Positions 1-9,365 of a DNA stretch of 64,000 nucleotides are shown piece after piece. The position numbers were made by a program, and so were the translations under genes. The stretch lies in contig JAZDMS010000040.1 of the NCBI GenBank assembly GCA_043800705.1, forward strand, positions 10,378 to 74,377, given 5' to 3'. This stretch comes from Candidatus Altiarchaeota archaeon. Lineage in GTDB: Archaea; Altiarchaeota; Altiarchaeia; IMC4; SCGC-AAA252-I15. Position 1 is the first letter of the stretch. Each line of letters opens with the position of its first letter. The notes beneath the pieces were generated by a model. The model was not told the DNA's origin, made no database searches, and saw only the letters and a list, made by a program, of their open reading frames with translations.

Positions 1-1
1 C

Positions 2-172
2 GGGCCGGCCTTGAACCCCATGATAAAGGTCGTCAACCTTGTCTCCGTGATAATCGCGCCGATCATCGTCCAATACGAAAGAAGCGGGGTAGTATACTGG
101 GCGATAGTGGCGGTACTGCTTGGCATATTGGCATGGGCTATTATGGCGAGCAAAAGGCCGGTGCCGGGTTGA
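2..172 (+). CDS. hppA: Membrane-bound H+/Na+-translocating pyrophosphatase, C-terminal part (5'-truncated by window)
   Basis: Frame 2 reads GPALNPMIKVVNLVSVIIAP...TGA, the conserved C-terminal signature of membrane PPases. Confidence 0.85.
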   Translation, partial: GPALNPMIKVVNLVSVIIAPIIVQYERSGVVYWAIVAVLLGILAWAIMASKRPVPG

Positions 173-221
173 ATCCGGTCTTTCAACATTTATCTTCGGG
201 TGCTTCCTTTCTCATTATGCC

Positions 222-662
222 ATGAATCAGCGAACTATGGACAAGGTCAGGCGGTTCGACCCTGGCATAATAGAGGCCAGTCCGAAGGCCGCCGAAGTCG
301 TGGCGATCGCAATCGACCACGGATTCCAGCTGATTGAACCCAAGGGGTTGGGCGATTTCTCCAGGCTTGTCCCCCACCCGTTCGGTGAGAAAACGCCTGA
401 ACATAAGCGCGCCAAGTTCGTCTTTGCCATGAACGGCAGGGGCAAATCACTGGGCCTATCGCTCGAAGACCTCGAAGCAGTGCCCTGGCATCGGATCGAC
501 TTCACAGATGCTGACGGCCTGAGATTAAAAGAGCGCGTCGGAGCCCAGATAACTCCAGTGGCTGGCCTGGATAACGGGCCTGGCGGCCCTAGAAATCGGA
601 TCGGCAAATTATCCACCCGGGACCATGAGATGCTGAAAACAGGACAATCTAGGACGATTTAG
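222..662 (+). CDS. Hypothetical protein
   Basis: ATG at 222 in ORF 120..662 fills the gap between hppA and the next gene; no recognisable motif. Confidence 0.5.
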   Translation: MNQRTMDKVRRFDPGIIEASPKAAEVVAIAIDHGFQLIEPKGLGDFSRLVPHPFGEKTPEHKRAKFVFAMNGRGKSLGLSLEDLEAVPWHRIDFTDADGLRLKERVGAQITPVAGLDNGPGGPRNRIGKLSTRDHEMLKTGQSRTI

Positions 663-669
663 GTTCGTC

Positions 670-1614
670 TCATCCCCAGTAGGGGTTCTTTACGTATTTG
701 AACGCGTTGAGTCCCGCTAGCCCGCCTTCTCCGACTGCCTGCGGTATCCTTATCCATTTTCCGACGATGTCTCCTGCGGCGAATATTCCCGGGAGGTTCG
801 TGCGCTGGTCGGCGTTGACTGTGACACGGCCCCTGTCGTCGGTTTTGACGCCTATCCTTTTGAGGAATTCGGTGTTTGCTTCCGTGCCGAGGCTGAACAG
901 GATGACGTCGGCGTCCCAGACGTTCTCTGTGTTGTCCTTGTTGTTGAAGAGGCGTGCCCTCTCGACCTTCCCCATGCCTTCGATTTTCTTGATTTCGGTG
1001 TTCCAGAGCACGTTGACGCATTCGTCCTTTACGCATGCGACGTTCTTGTCGGTGGCTCTGAAGGTGTCCTTCCTGTGGACGATGACGACTTCGGTGCCTT
1101 TCTTCTTCATCTCGACTGCGCATTCGACTGCGGTGTCGCCGCCGCCGACTACAATCGCCTTCTTGCCCCTGTATTTGCCGGGGTCCGGCAGGCAGTAGAC
1201 GACGTTGTCGAGGGTCTCGCCGCCGACCCCCAGCTTCCTTGGCGCCCCCAGGCCGCATGCGAGGACAACAGCCTTCGCGGAGTATCTGCCCTTGTTGGTT
1301 GTGACAATGAGGTGTTCCTTGCTGTCGTCGGGGTTCGCTTCCCTCCTGACGTCGGTGACGGTCTCGTTCTCCCTGATCTTGACCCCCTCGTTTAGGGCGT
1401 GGTCGGTCATGAGTTTCGCGGCTTCCGCGCCAGTCTTCTCGTATACGCCGAGGTAGTTGTCGACGTGCTTCCACGGGTACTGGTTGACGGGAGCCCCGCC
1501 TGAGTAAGCGGATTCTATGACCAGCGCCGAGACCTTGTAGTATGCCGCCGTTATCGCAGCCGACAAACCAGCCGGCCCTGCTCCGACCACGACGACGTCG
1601 TATTGCTCCTCCAT
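670..1614 (-). CDS. Thioredoxin reductase-like FAD/NAD(P)H oxidoreductase
   Basis: VVVGAGPAG FAD motif, VVGGGDTAVE NAD(P)H motif, HRKD, TNLPGIFAAGD; no CxxC. Confidence 0.85.
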   Translation of the reverse strand: MEEQYDVVVVGAGPAGLSAAITAAYYKVSALVIESAYSGGAPVNQYPWKHVDNYLGVYEKTGAEAAKLMTDHALNEGVKIRENETVTDVRREANPDDSKEHLIVTTNKGRYSAKAVVLACGLGAPRKLGVGGETLDNVVYCLPDPGKYRGKKAIVVGGGDTAVECAVEMKKKGTEVVIVHRKDTFRATDKNVACVKDECVNVLWNTEIKKIEGMGKVERARLFNNKDNTENVWDADVILFSLGTEANTEFLKRIGVKTDDRGRVTVNADQRTNLPGIFAAGDIVGKWIRIPQAVGEGGLAGLNAFKYVKNPYWG

Positions 1615-1674
1615 CTTAAGATACATCTACAACGGGGTTTAAATTTGGCGGGAAACAATATCTTCTCCGATCAA

Positions 1675-4281
1675 ATGGCTGGATACGAGCGTAAATGGCA
1701 CGGCCTTGAGGCCTCCGACGCGTTGAGGGAGCTTGGCGGCTCCGAGTCGGGGCTGTCCGATGCGGAGGCAGTGAAGCGGCTGGTGCAATACGGCCGCAAC
1801 GAGCTTGAGGAGAAGGGGGGCCGCAGCATGTTCGGCGTATTCCTCGGCCAGTTTAAGGACATACTCGTCCTCCTGCTGATAGTTTCCGCGGTGTTCGCGT
1901 TGGCAGCGGGGGAGATGGTTGACGGCTCCCTAATCCTCGGGATAGTCGTTTTGAACGGCGTCTTCGGATTTATCCAGGACTACAAGGCCGAGCGGAACAT
2001 GGACGAGCTGAAGAAGCTCAGCAAGCCGAAGGCGATCGTAATCCGTAACGGACGCGAGCTGGAGATACGGAGCGGCGAGCTCGTGCCCGGAGACATACTC
2101 CTCCTGATAGAGGGCGACAGCGTCCAGGCAGACGGCAGGGTCATCGAGTCCGTCAACCTAAACGTCGACGAATCATCACTGACCGGTGAGAGCGTCCCCG
2201 TCCAGAAGGACGTGGCGAAGATCCCGGATGGCGCGCCTTTGGCCGAGCGCTACTGCATGGTGTACCAGGGCACGAGCGTCGTCTCGGGCCGCGGCAGGAT
2301 TGCCGTCGCTTCGACGGGTATGTCCACCGAGCTCGGGAAGATCGCGAAAGACCTCGATGCGATAGAGGACGAGCGCACCCCGTTCCAGAAGCACATGGAC
2401 GAGCTAGGCGGAAAGATCGCCGTTGCGATATTGGGCCTGTGCTTCGTAGTCGGCCTGGTCATCCTCACGACCACGGACACCCCATTTCTGAAGGTTCTAC
2501 TGATTGCCATCGCCCTCGGCGTGGCGGCTATCCCGGAGGGCCTGCCCGCCGTCATCACGCTCTCGCTCGCCCTCGGCTCGAAGCGGATGATGCAGAAGCA
2601 TGCGCTCCTTCGAAAGCTGCCAGTCGCCGAAGGCCTCGGCTCCGTTGACATCATCTGCACCGACAAGACCGGGACCCTCACCGAGAACCGGATGACCGTC
2701 CGGAGGCTGTACTTCGGCGGAAGGGTCATCGACGTGTCGGGGGCTGGCTACAGCCTCGACGGCGGGTTTTTCTCGCATGGCGTGGAGGTTCCCTTGGAGG
2801 AGCTGAAGCCCCTCCTTTATGCGGGGATGCACAACAACAACGCCCGCCACCTGGACGACGGCACCTTCAGCGGCGACCCCACGGAGATAGCGCTGCTCGT
2901 CTGCGGTATGAAGGCCGGCCTGAGGCCTAAATACCGGCGGGTCGACGAGATAGCGTTCTCGTCAGTGAGGAAGATGATGACGACCGTCCACGAGACGAAG
3001 AACGGGATCCTGTCTAATACTAAGGGCGCCCCGGAATTCATCATCGAACGCTGCGACCGGCTCCTTGAGTCGGGGAAGGTCAGGAAGATGTCTGCCGACG
3101 ACCGTGCCAGGATCCTGAAGATGAACGAGGAGCTTGCGTCGCAGGCGCTGCGTGTGATAGGATTCGCATACGAGGAGGATACGGAGTCCCCCGAGGAGGG
3201 GATGATTTTCCTCGGCCTGCAGGGCATGCTCGACCCCCCTCGGAAGGAGGTGCCTGCCGCGATAGCCGACTGCAAGAGCGCTGGCATAAGGGTCATAATG
3301 ATAACCGGCGACAGCAAGACCACCGCCCAGGCCATCGCCCGGGAGATCGGGTTGGATCCGAAGGCTCTCGAAGGCAGGGAGATAGACTCGATGTCGCAGG
3401 ATCAGATCTACGAGGCCGCCAGGGACGTCTCCATATTCGCGCGGGTGTCGCCCGCCAACAAGCTTGCTATACTCCTGGCCCTGAAGGCCCAGGGCCACAT
3501 CGTCGCGATGACCGGCGACGGCGTCAACGACGCCCCCGCGATCAAGGCCGCGGACGTCGGCGTGTCGATGGGGATCCGCGGCACCGAGGTGGCGAAGCAG
3601 ACGTCGGACATCGTCCTCCTGGACGACAACTTTGCGACGATCAAGGACGCGATCCTCGAGGGTAGGCGGATATTCGACAACGTCAGGAAGTTCATCAACT
3701 ACCTCTTCCCCTGCAACCTGGCGGAGGTCCTGGTCGTGTTCATCGCGGCGCTGCCTTTCATAGCGGGCACTCCCCTGGTCATACTCACCGCGGTCCAACT
3801 CCTTTGGATCAACATCGCAACGGACGGGCTGCCAGCCCTCGCATTGGGCGTCGACCCCCCGGCTGCGGGAATAATGCGGCGCAAACCCCGCCCCAGGGGG
3901 GAGGGGATAATCAACCGCCGCATGGCATACCACATGGTCCTCATAGGCGTCGCGATGACCGCCGTCATCCTCGGCCTCTTCTACGCGTCCGGGCCGCTGG
4001 CAGACTTCCAGAGGGCGCAGACCATCGCATTCACCGCCATAGTCGTGTTCAAGATGGTGAGGGTCTACGAGATACGCGTCGAGGACAGGCTCGGCCTCTT
4101 CTCCAACAAGTGGCTCCTCCTGGCCGTGTCAAGTTCGGTGGGGCTGCACCTGGCGCTCCTTTACTCCCCGGCAGCCTCCTACTTCAAGGTCGTCCCCCTC
4201 GGGCTCGAGGACTGGGGGATGGTATTGGCGGGTATGGCCGCGTTCGCGGCATTGTCGTATGCGATACGGAAAATGGTGTAG
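1675..4281 (+). CDS. Cation-transporting P-type ATPase (P2A, Ca2+-ATPase-like)
   Basis: LTGES, IPEGLP, DKTGTLT, KGAPE, MITGD and GDGVNDAPA motifs. Confidence 0.95.
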   Translation: MAGYERKWHGLEASDALRELGGSESGLSDAEAVKRLVQYGRNELEEKGGRSMFGVFLGQFKDILVLLLIVSAVFALAAGEMVDGSLILGIVVLNGVFGFIQDYKAERNMDELKKLSKPKAIVIRNGRELEIRSGELVPGDILLLIEGDSVQADGRVIESVNLNVDESSLTGESVPVQKDVAKIPDGAPLAERYCMVYQGTSVVSGRGRIAVASTGMSTELGKIAKDLDAIEDERTPFQKHMDELGGKIAVAILGLCFVVGLVILTTTDTPFLKVLLIAIALGVAAIPEGLPAVITLSLALGSKRMMQKHALLRKLPVAEGLGSVDIICTDKTGTLTENRMTVRRLYFGGRVIDVSGAGYSLDGGFFSHGVEVPLEELKPLLYAGMHNNNARHLDDGTFSGDPTEIALLVCGMKAGLRPKYRRVDEIAFSSVRKMMTTVHETKNGILSNTKGAPEFIIERCDRLLESGKVRKMSADDRARILKMNEELASQALRVIGFAYEEDTESPEEGMIFLGLQGMLDPPRKEVPAAIADCKSAGIRVIMITGDSKTTAQAIAREIGLDPKALEGREIDSMSQDQIYEAARDVSIFARVSPANKLAILLALKAQGHIVAMTGDGVNDAPAIKAADVGVSMGIRGTEVAKQTSDIVLLDDNFATIKDAILEGRRIFDNVRKFINYLFPCNLAEVLVVFIAALPFIAGTPLVILTAVQLLWINIATDGLPALALGVDPPAAGIMRRKPRPRGEGIINRRMAYHMVLIGVAMTAVILGLFYASGPLADFQRAQTIAFTAIVVFKMVRVYEIRVEDRLGLFSNKWLLLAVSSSVGLHLALLYSPAASYFKVVPLGLEDWGMVLAGMAAFAALSYAIRKMV

Positions 4282-4542
4282 CCGGCATGGCCTATTCGGA
4301 TTCGGCATAGAAGGCCTACAGGCTCCTGTTTATCTCCGTCGCCTTAGGGGCCGTCGCCCTGGCCCTGTCAGAGGTTGGCTCGAGGCTCCTCAGGACGTGG
4401 ACATGAACTGTTAGCATGAGGTTTATATTCTATATAGCATATTTTTTTAATTTATTATTCATATAAGGGTCAAATTTTTATGCTATTATGGATATTTTGA
4501 AGCTTTTTATGCTTATGCGAATTTTACCTAATTTATTCCGGG

Positions 4543-4734
4543 ATGTCACATATCCTATGGATGACCGAAGAGACCGAAGCCTGCTTCAGCGCGCTGTTCG
4601 CGCTGGAGGACGTCAGGGAGCTCCTGAGGGAGAGCGCACCTGAGCACAAGCTGAGCCCAGAGCAGAAGACGCGCCTTGCGGAGGCGCTGTTGAAGGCCAG
4701 AAACAATCTCTCCAGACTGGAGGCGAGGCTGTGA
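4543..4734 (+). CDS. Small SepCysS-associated protein (SepCysSn / SepCysE N-terminal-domain-like)
   Basis: 63-aa helical ORF (ACFSALFALEDVRELLRESAP) whose stop overlaps the pscS GTG start. Confidence 0.65.
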   Translation: MSHILWMTEETEACFSALFALEDVRELLRESAPEHKLSPEQKTRLAEALLKARNNLSRLEARL

Positions 4735-5879
4735 ACGTCGGAGGCCTCGAACCCAGGGACAGGGAGGAGGACTACATCAACGTCAACCCGTTGCAGACAG
4801 CGGGCAGGCCATATGCGGATGCGAGGAAGGCGGTACTATCCTACGTCGACGGGTACAGCGTCTGCGACTGGTGCAAGGGGGAGCTATGCGCGATGGAGAA
4901 GCCCCCCATCAAGGCGTTCCTCGACGACGCGTCGAAGTTCCTCGGCATGGATTCGACGATGCTCACCAACGGGGCGAGGGAGGCAAAGTTCGCGGTGCTG
5001 CATTCGATGACTGCCCCAGGCGACACGGTCGTCATGGACGGTAACAGGCACTACACGACCTACGTCGCCGCGGAGCTCGCAGGGCTTAAGATACGCGAGG
5101 TCCCGTCGTCGGGATCGCCAGAATACGTGATAGACCCGGACGGATACGCCGCCGCATTCGAACAGGTCAAGGCCGACACGGGAGCCCCGCCGAAGATGGC
5201 TGTCCTCACCCACGTCGACGGCAGCTACGGGAACCTCGTCGACGCTGAAAAGGTCGGGAAGATATGCAAACAGTACGACGTACCCCTCCTACTGAACACA
5301 GCCTACTCGTCAGGGCGGATGCCCGTCGACGGCAAAAGGCTGGGCGCCGATTTCATGGCATGCTCGGGCCACAAAAGCTGGGCCGCAGGCGGCGGCAACA
5401 TCGGCCTCCTTGCTGTCTGCGGCGAATGGGCCGGCAAGGTCTTCGCAAGGAGCGGGAAATACAAGGCGAAGCCGCTCGAGATACTCGGCTGCTCGTCAAG
5501 GGGTTCGGCTACGGTCGCGCTCATGGCCAGCTTCCCCCGTGTGATGGAGCGGGTTACGCGCTGGGACAAGGAAGTCGATAACGCCCGCTGGCTCGCATCA
5601 GAGCTGGAGAAGATGGGGCTCAAAGTCATCGGCGAGCGGCCAAGAGACCACGACATCCTATTCGTCGAATCCGACCTGCTGTTCCGGATATCCGAGACCC
5701 ACAAGAAGAAGAACTACTACCTATACAGCGAACTGAAGGACAGGGGGGTAGTGGGGGTCAAGAGCGGCCTCACGAAGAACTTCAAGCTCAGCGCCTACGG
5801 AAAGACGAGGCAGCAGGTCGAGCGCATAGCGTGGGCCTTCAGGGACATCATCGAAAAGTTCGGAGCCGAAATGAGTTGA
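4731..5879 (+). CDS. pscS: O-phosphoseryl-tRNA:Cys-tRNA synthase (SepCysS)
   Basis: INVNPLQTAG, GYSVCDWC, HYTT, PLP-lysine SGHKSW and LGC motifs. Confidence 0.95.
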   Translation: MNVGGLEPRDREEDYINVNPLQTAGRPYADARKAVLSYVDGYSVCDWCKGELCAMEKPPIKAFLDDASKFLGMDSTMLTNGAREAKFAVLHSMTAPGDTVVMDGNRHYTTYVAAELAGLKIREVPSSGSPEYVIDPDGYAAAFEQVKADTGAPPKMAVLTHVDGSYGNLVDAEKVGKICKQYDVPLLLNTAYSSGRMPVDGKRLGADFMACSGHKSWAAGGGNIGLLAVCGEWAGKVFARSGKYKAKPLEILGCSSRGSATVALMASFPRVMERVTRWDKEVDNARWLASELEKMGLKVIGERPRDHDILFVESDLLFRISETHKKKNYYLYSELKDRGVVGVKSGLTKNFKLSAYGKTRQQVERIAWAFRDIIEKFGAEMS

Positions 5880-5931
5880 CGCCCGCTTTTACCTTCCACT
5901 AATTAATTAAACTGTGCTGCTTCATCTTACT

Positions 5932-6633
5932 ATGGCTAAAGAAGCTCCCGGCCCGAATCCTATCCGGGTGTCGAAAGAACAGGTCATGTCCTTCTATGAA
6001 GCCATCCGGGAGGCCGAGTACATAGTGGCCTCGAGGAAGCCGGACTTCATAGTGGCTCCTCTGCGCGGAGCAGAGCCATTAATCGAGTCAATGGCCGTTG
6101 TCGCCGACCTGGAGGGGCGCGATATGCCCGAAGTCGTGTACATAGAGACCGGGACCATCGGCTCAAGGATTGACGGCAAGCCATTGCGGCCCCTCTTCCC
6201 GGAGGGAAAGGTCGCCCTGGTCTCGGAGAGGCTAGGCTCAAGATTTCGGGGAAAGGATGGGCGTCTGAGCATCTGTCTGGTCGACGAAGTCGAATCCGGC
6301 GGCTCCATTGTGAAGAACTTCGACTACGTGAATGGGGCGATGCGTCTTTACTACCCGAAGGTTGATTTCGATTTGTACGCCGTTGGCATATGCAGCAGAT
6401 CACGTGAGAAATGCGGCAGGTTCGTGCAGCTATTGGGGATGGGCAAGATCACACCACTCTATGTGGATGACCTCTTCACAGTCGACCGCACCCGGTTTCT
6501 TTCGCCATTGGTCCGGAAGGACGACGACGTCCGCCGGCAAGGATTATACCCCGGCGATTCCAAAAATGAACTCTACAACAATATTGAGCGGATTCACAGG
6601 GAGCTTCAGGACAGACATGGCAGCAAAAAGTAG
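5932..6633 (+). CDS. Hypothetical protein with phosphoribosyltransferase-like loop
   Basis: PDFIVAPLRGA and ICLVDEVESGGS resemble type I PRTase motifs. Confidence 0.55.
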   Translation: MAKEAPGPNPIRVSKEQVMSFYEAIREAEYIVASRKPDFIVAPLRGAEPLIESMAVVADLEGRDMPEVVYIETGTIGSRIDGKPLRPLFPEGKVALVSERLGSRFRGKDGRLSICLVDEVESGGSIVKNFDYVNGAMRLYYPKVDFDLYAVGICSRSREKCGRFVQLLGMGKITPLYVDDLFTVDRTRFLSPLVRKDDDVRRQGLYPGDSKNELYNNIERIHRELQDRHGSKK

Positions 6634-6634
6634 G

Positions 6635-7432
6635 ATGTTGTTAGATGCATACGGCATGCTTGAGCGGATACGCCTACGGAAGCCTCTCGTCCACCACATA
6701 ACCAACTGGGTCACCATCTACGACTGCGCCAACATCACCCGCACATTCGGAGCCCTGCCAGTCATGGCCCACGCCAGGGAAGAGGTCCAGGAGATGGTGG
6801 CCCTCGCCGGGGCCCTTGTGCTCAACATAGGCACCCTCACGCCAGAACTGATCGACACGATGGTCCTCGCAGGGAAGGCAGCCAACAAAAAAGGCATCCC
6901 CGTCGTACTGGACGCGGTCGGGGCAGGGGCGACACGGCTTCGGACAGACAGCGTCCTCAGGATGCTTAAGGCGTTCCGCATCGACGTATTGAAGGGCAAC
7001 TTTGGCGAAGTCGGCGTTATCGCTGGCGCAAAGGCCGAAGTCAGAGGCGTCGAGTCGATGGGCCTTGACGGGGATCCCGTAAGGCTGGCTAAAGGCCTAT
7101 CGTCGAAGCTGATGAACACGGTCGTGATGACCGGGAAGATGGACATCGTCTCAGGGGGCGGCAGGACATACCTCATAGACAACGGCACCGCTCAGATGGG
7201 CTCGATAGTAGGGACCGGCTGCATGGCAGCCTCCGTCATCGGCGCGTTCTGCGCCGTCGAAAAGGACTACCCGATGGCTTCAGCATCGGCATTGGCCTGC
7301 TACGGTATCGCAGGGGAACTGGCTGCGAAGGAGGCAAAGGGTCCGGGCTCGTTCAAAGAGGGATTCTACGACGCGGTGGCGTCCCTGGACAGAAGGCATG
7401 TGGACTCAATGGCGAAGGTATCGGAAAAATAG
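6635..7432 (+). CDS. thiM: Hydroxyethylthiazole kinase
   Basis: PLVHHITNWV, GALPVMA, LNIGTL, VLDAVG and GTGC motifs. Confidence 0.95.
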   Translation: MLLDAYGMLERIRLRKPLVHHITNWVTIYDCANITRTFGALPVMAHAREEVQEMVALAGALVLNIGTLTPELIDTMVLAGKAANKKGIPVVLDAVGAGATRLRTDSVLRMLKAFRIDVLKGNFGEVGVIAGAKAEVRGVESMGLDGDPVRLAKGLSSKLMNTVVMTGKMDIVSGGGRTYLIDNGTAQMGSIVGTGCMAASVIGAFCAVEKDYPMASASALACYGIAGELAAKEAKGPGSFKEGFYDAVASLDRRHVDSMAKVSEK

Positions 7433-7550
7433 ATGTCTCACCTGCCAAAAACGCGTCCTATCCATATTTTGCCCCCATATTGGCACTGACTTTACCTCAT
7501 CTTCTTGTATTGGGACATCCAAATGTAGTATAAGGAAAGGGTGAACTTAC

Positions 7551-7718
7551 ATGGACTCTGCAACCGCGCTTACAGGCCTGGTATATATGGCGACCGCGTA
7601 CATGATGGCGTATATTTTTTACCTCCTTTCAAGGGAGGCCGGGACCACCGGCATACTGGGTTTCCCGACTCAGCCTTACGACTCCAATCGCGTAATCCTC
7701 AGAAGAAGGTATATCTGA
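7551..7718 (+). CDS. Small membrane protein (55 aa; below the ORF-track cutoff)
   Basis: MDSATALTGLVYMATAYMMAYIFYLLSREAG...RRRYI*; GGGTGA Shine-Dalgarno-like site just upstream. Confidence 0.5.
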   Translation: MDSATALTGLVYMATAYMMAYIFYLLSREAGTTGILGFPTQPYDSNRVILRRRYI

Positions 7719-7745
7719 CTTAACCGCCCAAATGAAGCCGAATAA

Positions 7746-7774
7746 GGGGGCATGAGCGCCCACATCATGCCCCC
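7746..7774. terminator. Perfect 10-bp hairpin between convergent genes
   Basis: GGGGGCATGA-(9 nt)-TCATGCCCCC. Confidence 0.5.
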
Positions 7775-7796
7775 AAAAATCCGGTTTAATGGCCCC

Positions 7797-8705
7797 TTAA
7801 ACGCACTCCACGTCGGCCTTGCAGCCATTCACCCCAGGGGACCTGACCATGACGCATTTTCCGCCGACGCATTCGTTGTGCCTGCAGGACGAATCAGTCG
7901 TGCATCCGTCAATGCCCTTGCCATCAACCTTCCTGCAAAGCCCCCCCGAACATTCCGTGTGGTATTGATGTGCTGTTGTCGTCGGGGATCCGCGGCCGCT
8001 TTCTGCGAACTGCGTATCGTTAATCTTCGCCCCCGGGGTCGTCTTAATGGTCGACGAGTTCAGCACCAGCTGCCTGATGCATGCGCATGCCTGCGGGCTT
8101 CCCCTCCCATGGCAGCCCGAGCACCCTCCAAGATCGTATCCCCCCATGACTGCGACCTGGGTGTCCCATTCGCAGGTCGTGTTGTACAGGCACACCGCAA
8201 GCCTCCAGGCGGTTGGCGAGATCGAACAGACGCCGTCGGCTTTCGGGCAAATCCCGCCGATGTCGCATTCCTCTCCCTCATCCAGGATGCCGTTGCCGCA
8301 TGGCAGGGTCGACGTCGTGGTAGTAGACGTCACCTGCAGCGTGGTCGAAACCGCGGCAGGCAGGGCCGTAGCCTCCTCCGGGGGCAGGATATGGGACATG
8401 TTGAGTTTGCCATAACAGTACCTCACCCATGTCATGTTCCCCATCCTGTCGCACAATGAAAGGTCGGAAGCGTCTATGGCGAGATTGGTGAGGCACGCAA
8501 ACCTGAACTCGTCATCGTATTCCCCCTCGCATTGGCGGATCCTGGCATTATAACCCAACGTCGTCGACACAACCCCCCGGCTCATGCATTCCTCTGGCCC
8601 CTGCGCCTGCCTGCCGTCCGGGCATGTGTAAGTTTCAGTCCCGCCAAGGCAGCCGCACATAACGGCCAAGGCGACAATCAAGGGCAGATGGGCCGGTTGG
8701 CGCAT
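7797..8705 (-). CDS. Cys-rich secreted lipoprotein with Thr/Ser linker
   Basis: Signal peptide ending VMCGC, TYTCPDG, poly-Thr tract, CGNGILDEGEECD cysteine-rich repeat. Confidence 0.75.
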   Translation of the reverse strand: MRQPAHLPLIVALAVMCGCLGGTETYTCPDGRQAQGPEECMSRGVVSTTLGYNARIRQCEGEYDDEFRFACLTNLAIDASDLSLCDRMGNMTWVRYCYGKLNMSHILPPEEATALPAAVSTTLQVTSTTTTSTLPCGNGILDEGEECDIGGICPKADGVCSISPTAWRLAVCLYNTTCEWDTQVAVMGGYDLGGCSGCHGRGSPQACACIRQLVLNSSTIKTTPGAKINDTQFAESGRGSPTTTAHQYHTECSGGLCRKVDGKGIDGCTTDSSCRHNECVGGKCVMVRSPGVNGCKADVECV

Positions 8706-8756
8706 ACTAAATATTATCCCCGCCAACATAAATACTAGCACTTCGTGTCTTATCAT

Positions 8757-9365
8757 ATGCGCGGATTCTACTACATTACCGACTCGAAGATGTGCAGAAA
8801 ACCCGAGCAGGACGCGGTCAGGGCGGCGATCGAAGGCGGCGCCGCAGTCGTCCAATACCGTGAGAAGGAGCTGCCGGTCGAGGAAAGGATCCCCATTGCA
8901 AGGAAGCTGAGGCTCCTTTGCAGCGGCAGGGCCATATTCATAGTCAACGACGAAGTCGAAGTAGCCCAGGCATGCGACGCCGATGGTGTACACCTCGGAC
9001 AAGATGATATGAGCGTCAAGACCGCACGCTACCTCCTTGGAAAAGACCGGCTGATAGGCGTAACGGTGCATAACGTGCAAGAGGCAGTCGCAGCCGACCA
9101 GGCCGGCGCCGACTACGTCACAGTCTCGCCCGTGTTCGCCACCTCGACAAAGGCCGACGCCGGGCAGCCCGTCGGAATCCAGATGATAAAGGACGTAAAG
9201 GCCAAGGTGTTGATGCCGGTTGCCGCCATCGGCGGAATAGACGAAAATAACATAGACTCCGTCATCGCGGCAGGGGCCGACATGGCCTGCGCCATATCCG
9301 CCACCGTCTGCAAAGACGATATAAAGGCCGCAGTCAAATATTTCTCCACGAAATGGAAAAGATAG
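8757..9365 (+). CDS. thiE: Thiamine-phosphate synthase
   Basis: VVQYREK, FIVND, DGVHLGQDD, ATSTK and AIGGI motifs. Confidence 0.95.
   Translation: MRGFYYITDSKMCRKPEQDAVRAAIEGGAAVVQYREKELPVEERIPIARKLRLLCSGRAIFIVNDEVEVAQACDADGVHLGQDDMSVKTARYLLGKDRLIGVTVHNVQEAVAADQAGADYVTVSPVFATSTKADAGQPVGIQMIKDVKAKVLMPVAAIGGIDENNIDSVIAAGADMACAISATVCKDDIKAAVKYFSTKWKR

Noticed and set aside
4308-4310. Stop-codon recoding (Pyl/Sec) suggested by in-frame stops
   Set aside because: The interruptions use three different stops (TAG 4308, TAA 34855, TGA 47591), all in decaying ORFs, and intact genes end normally at TAG and TGA
4420-4542. AT-rich gap as a replication origin
   Set aside because: Short, with no ORB-like repeats or cdc6/orc1 nearby; best read as the pscS promoter region
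7433-7796. Possible TPP riboswitch or structured RNA between thiM and thiE
   Set aside because: No CUGAGA / AUACC / CCUGAU-type TPP core in the right order; a small SD-preceded ORF plus a terminator-like hairpin explains the region
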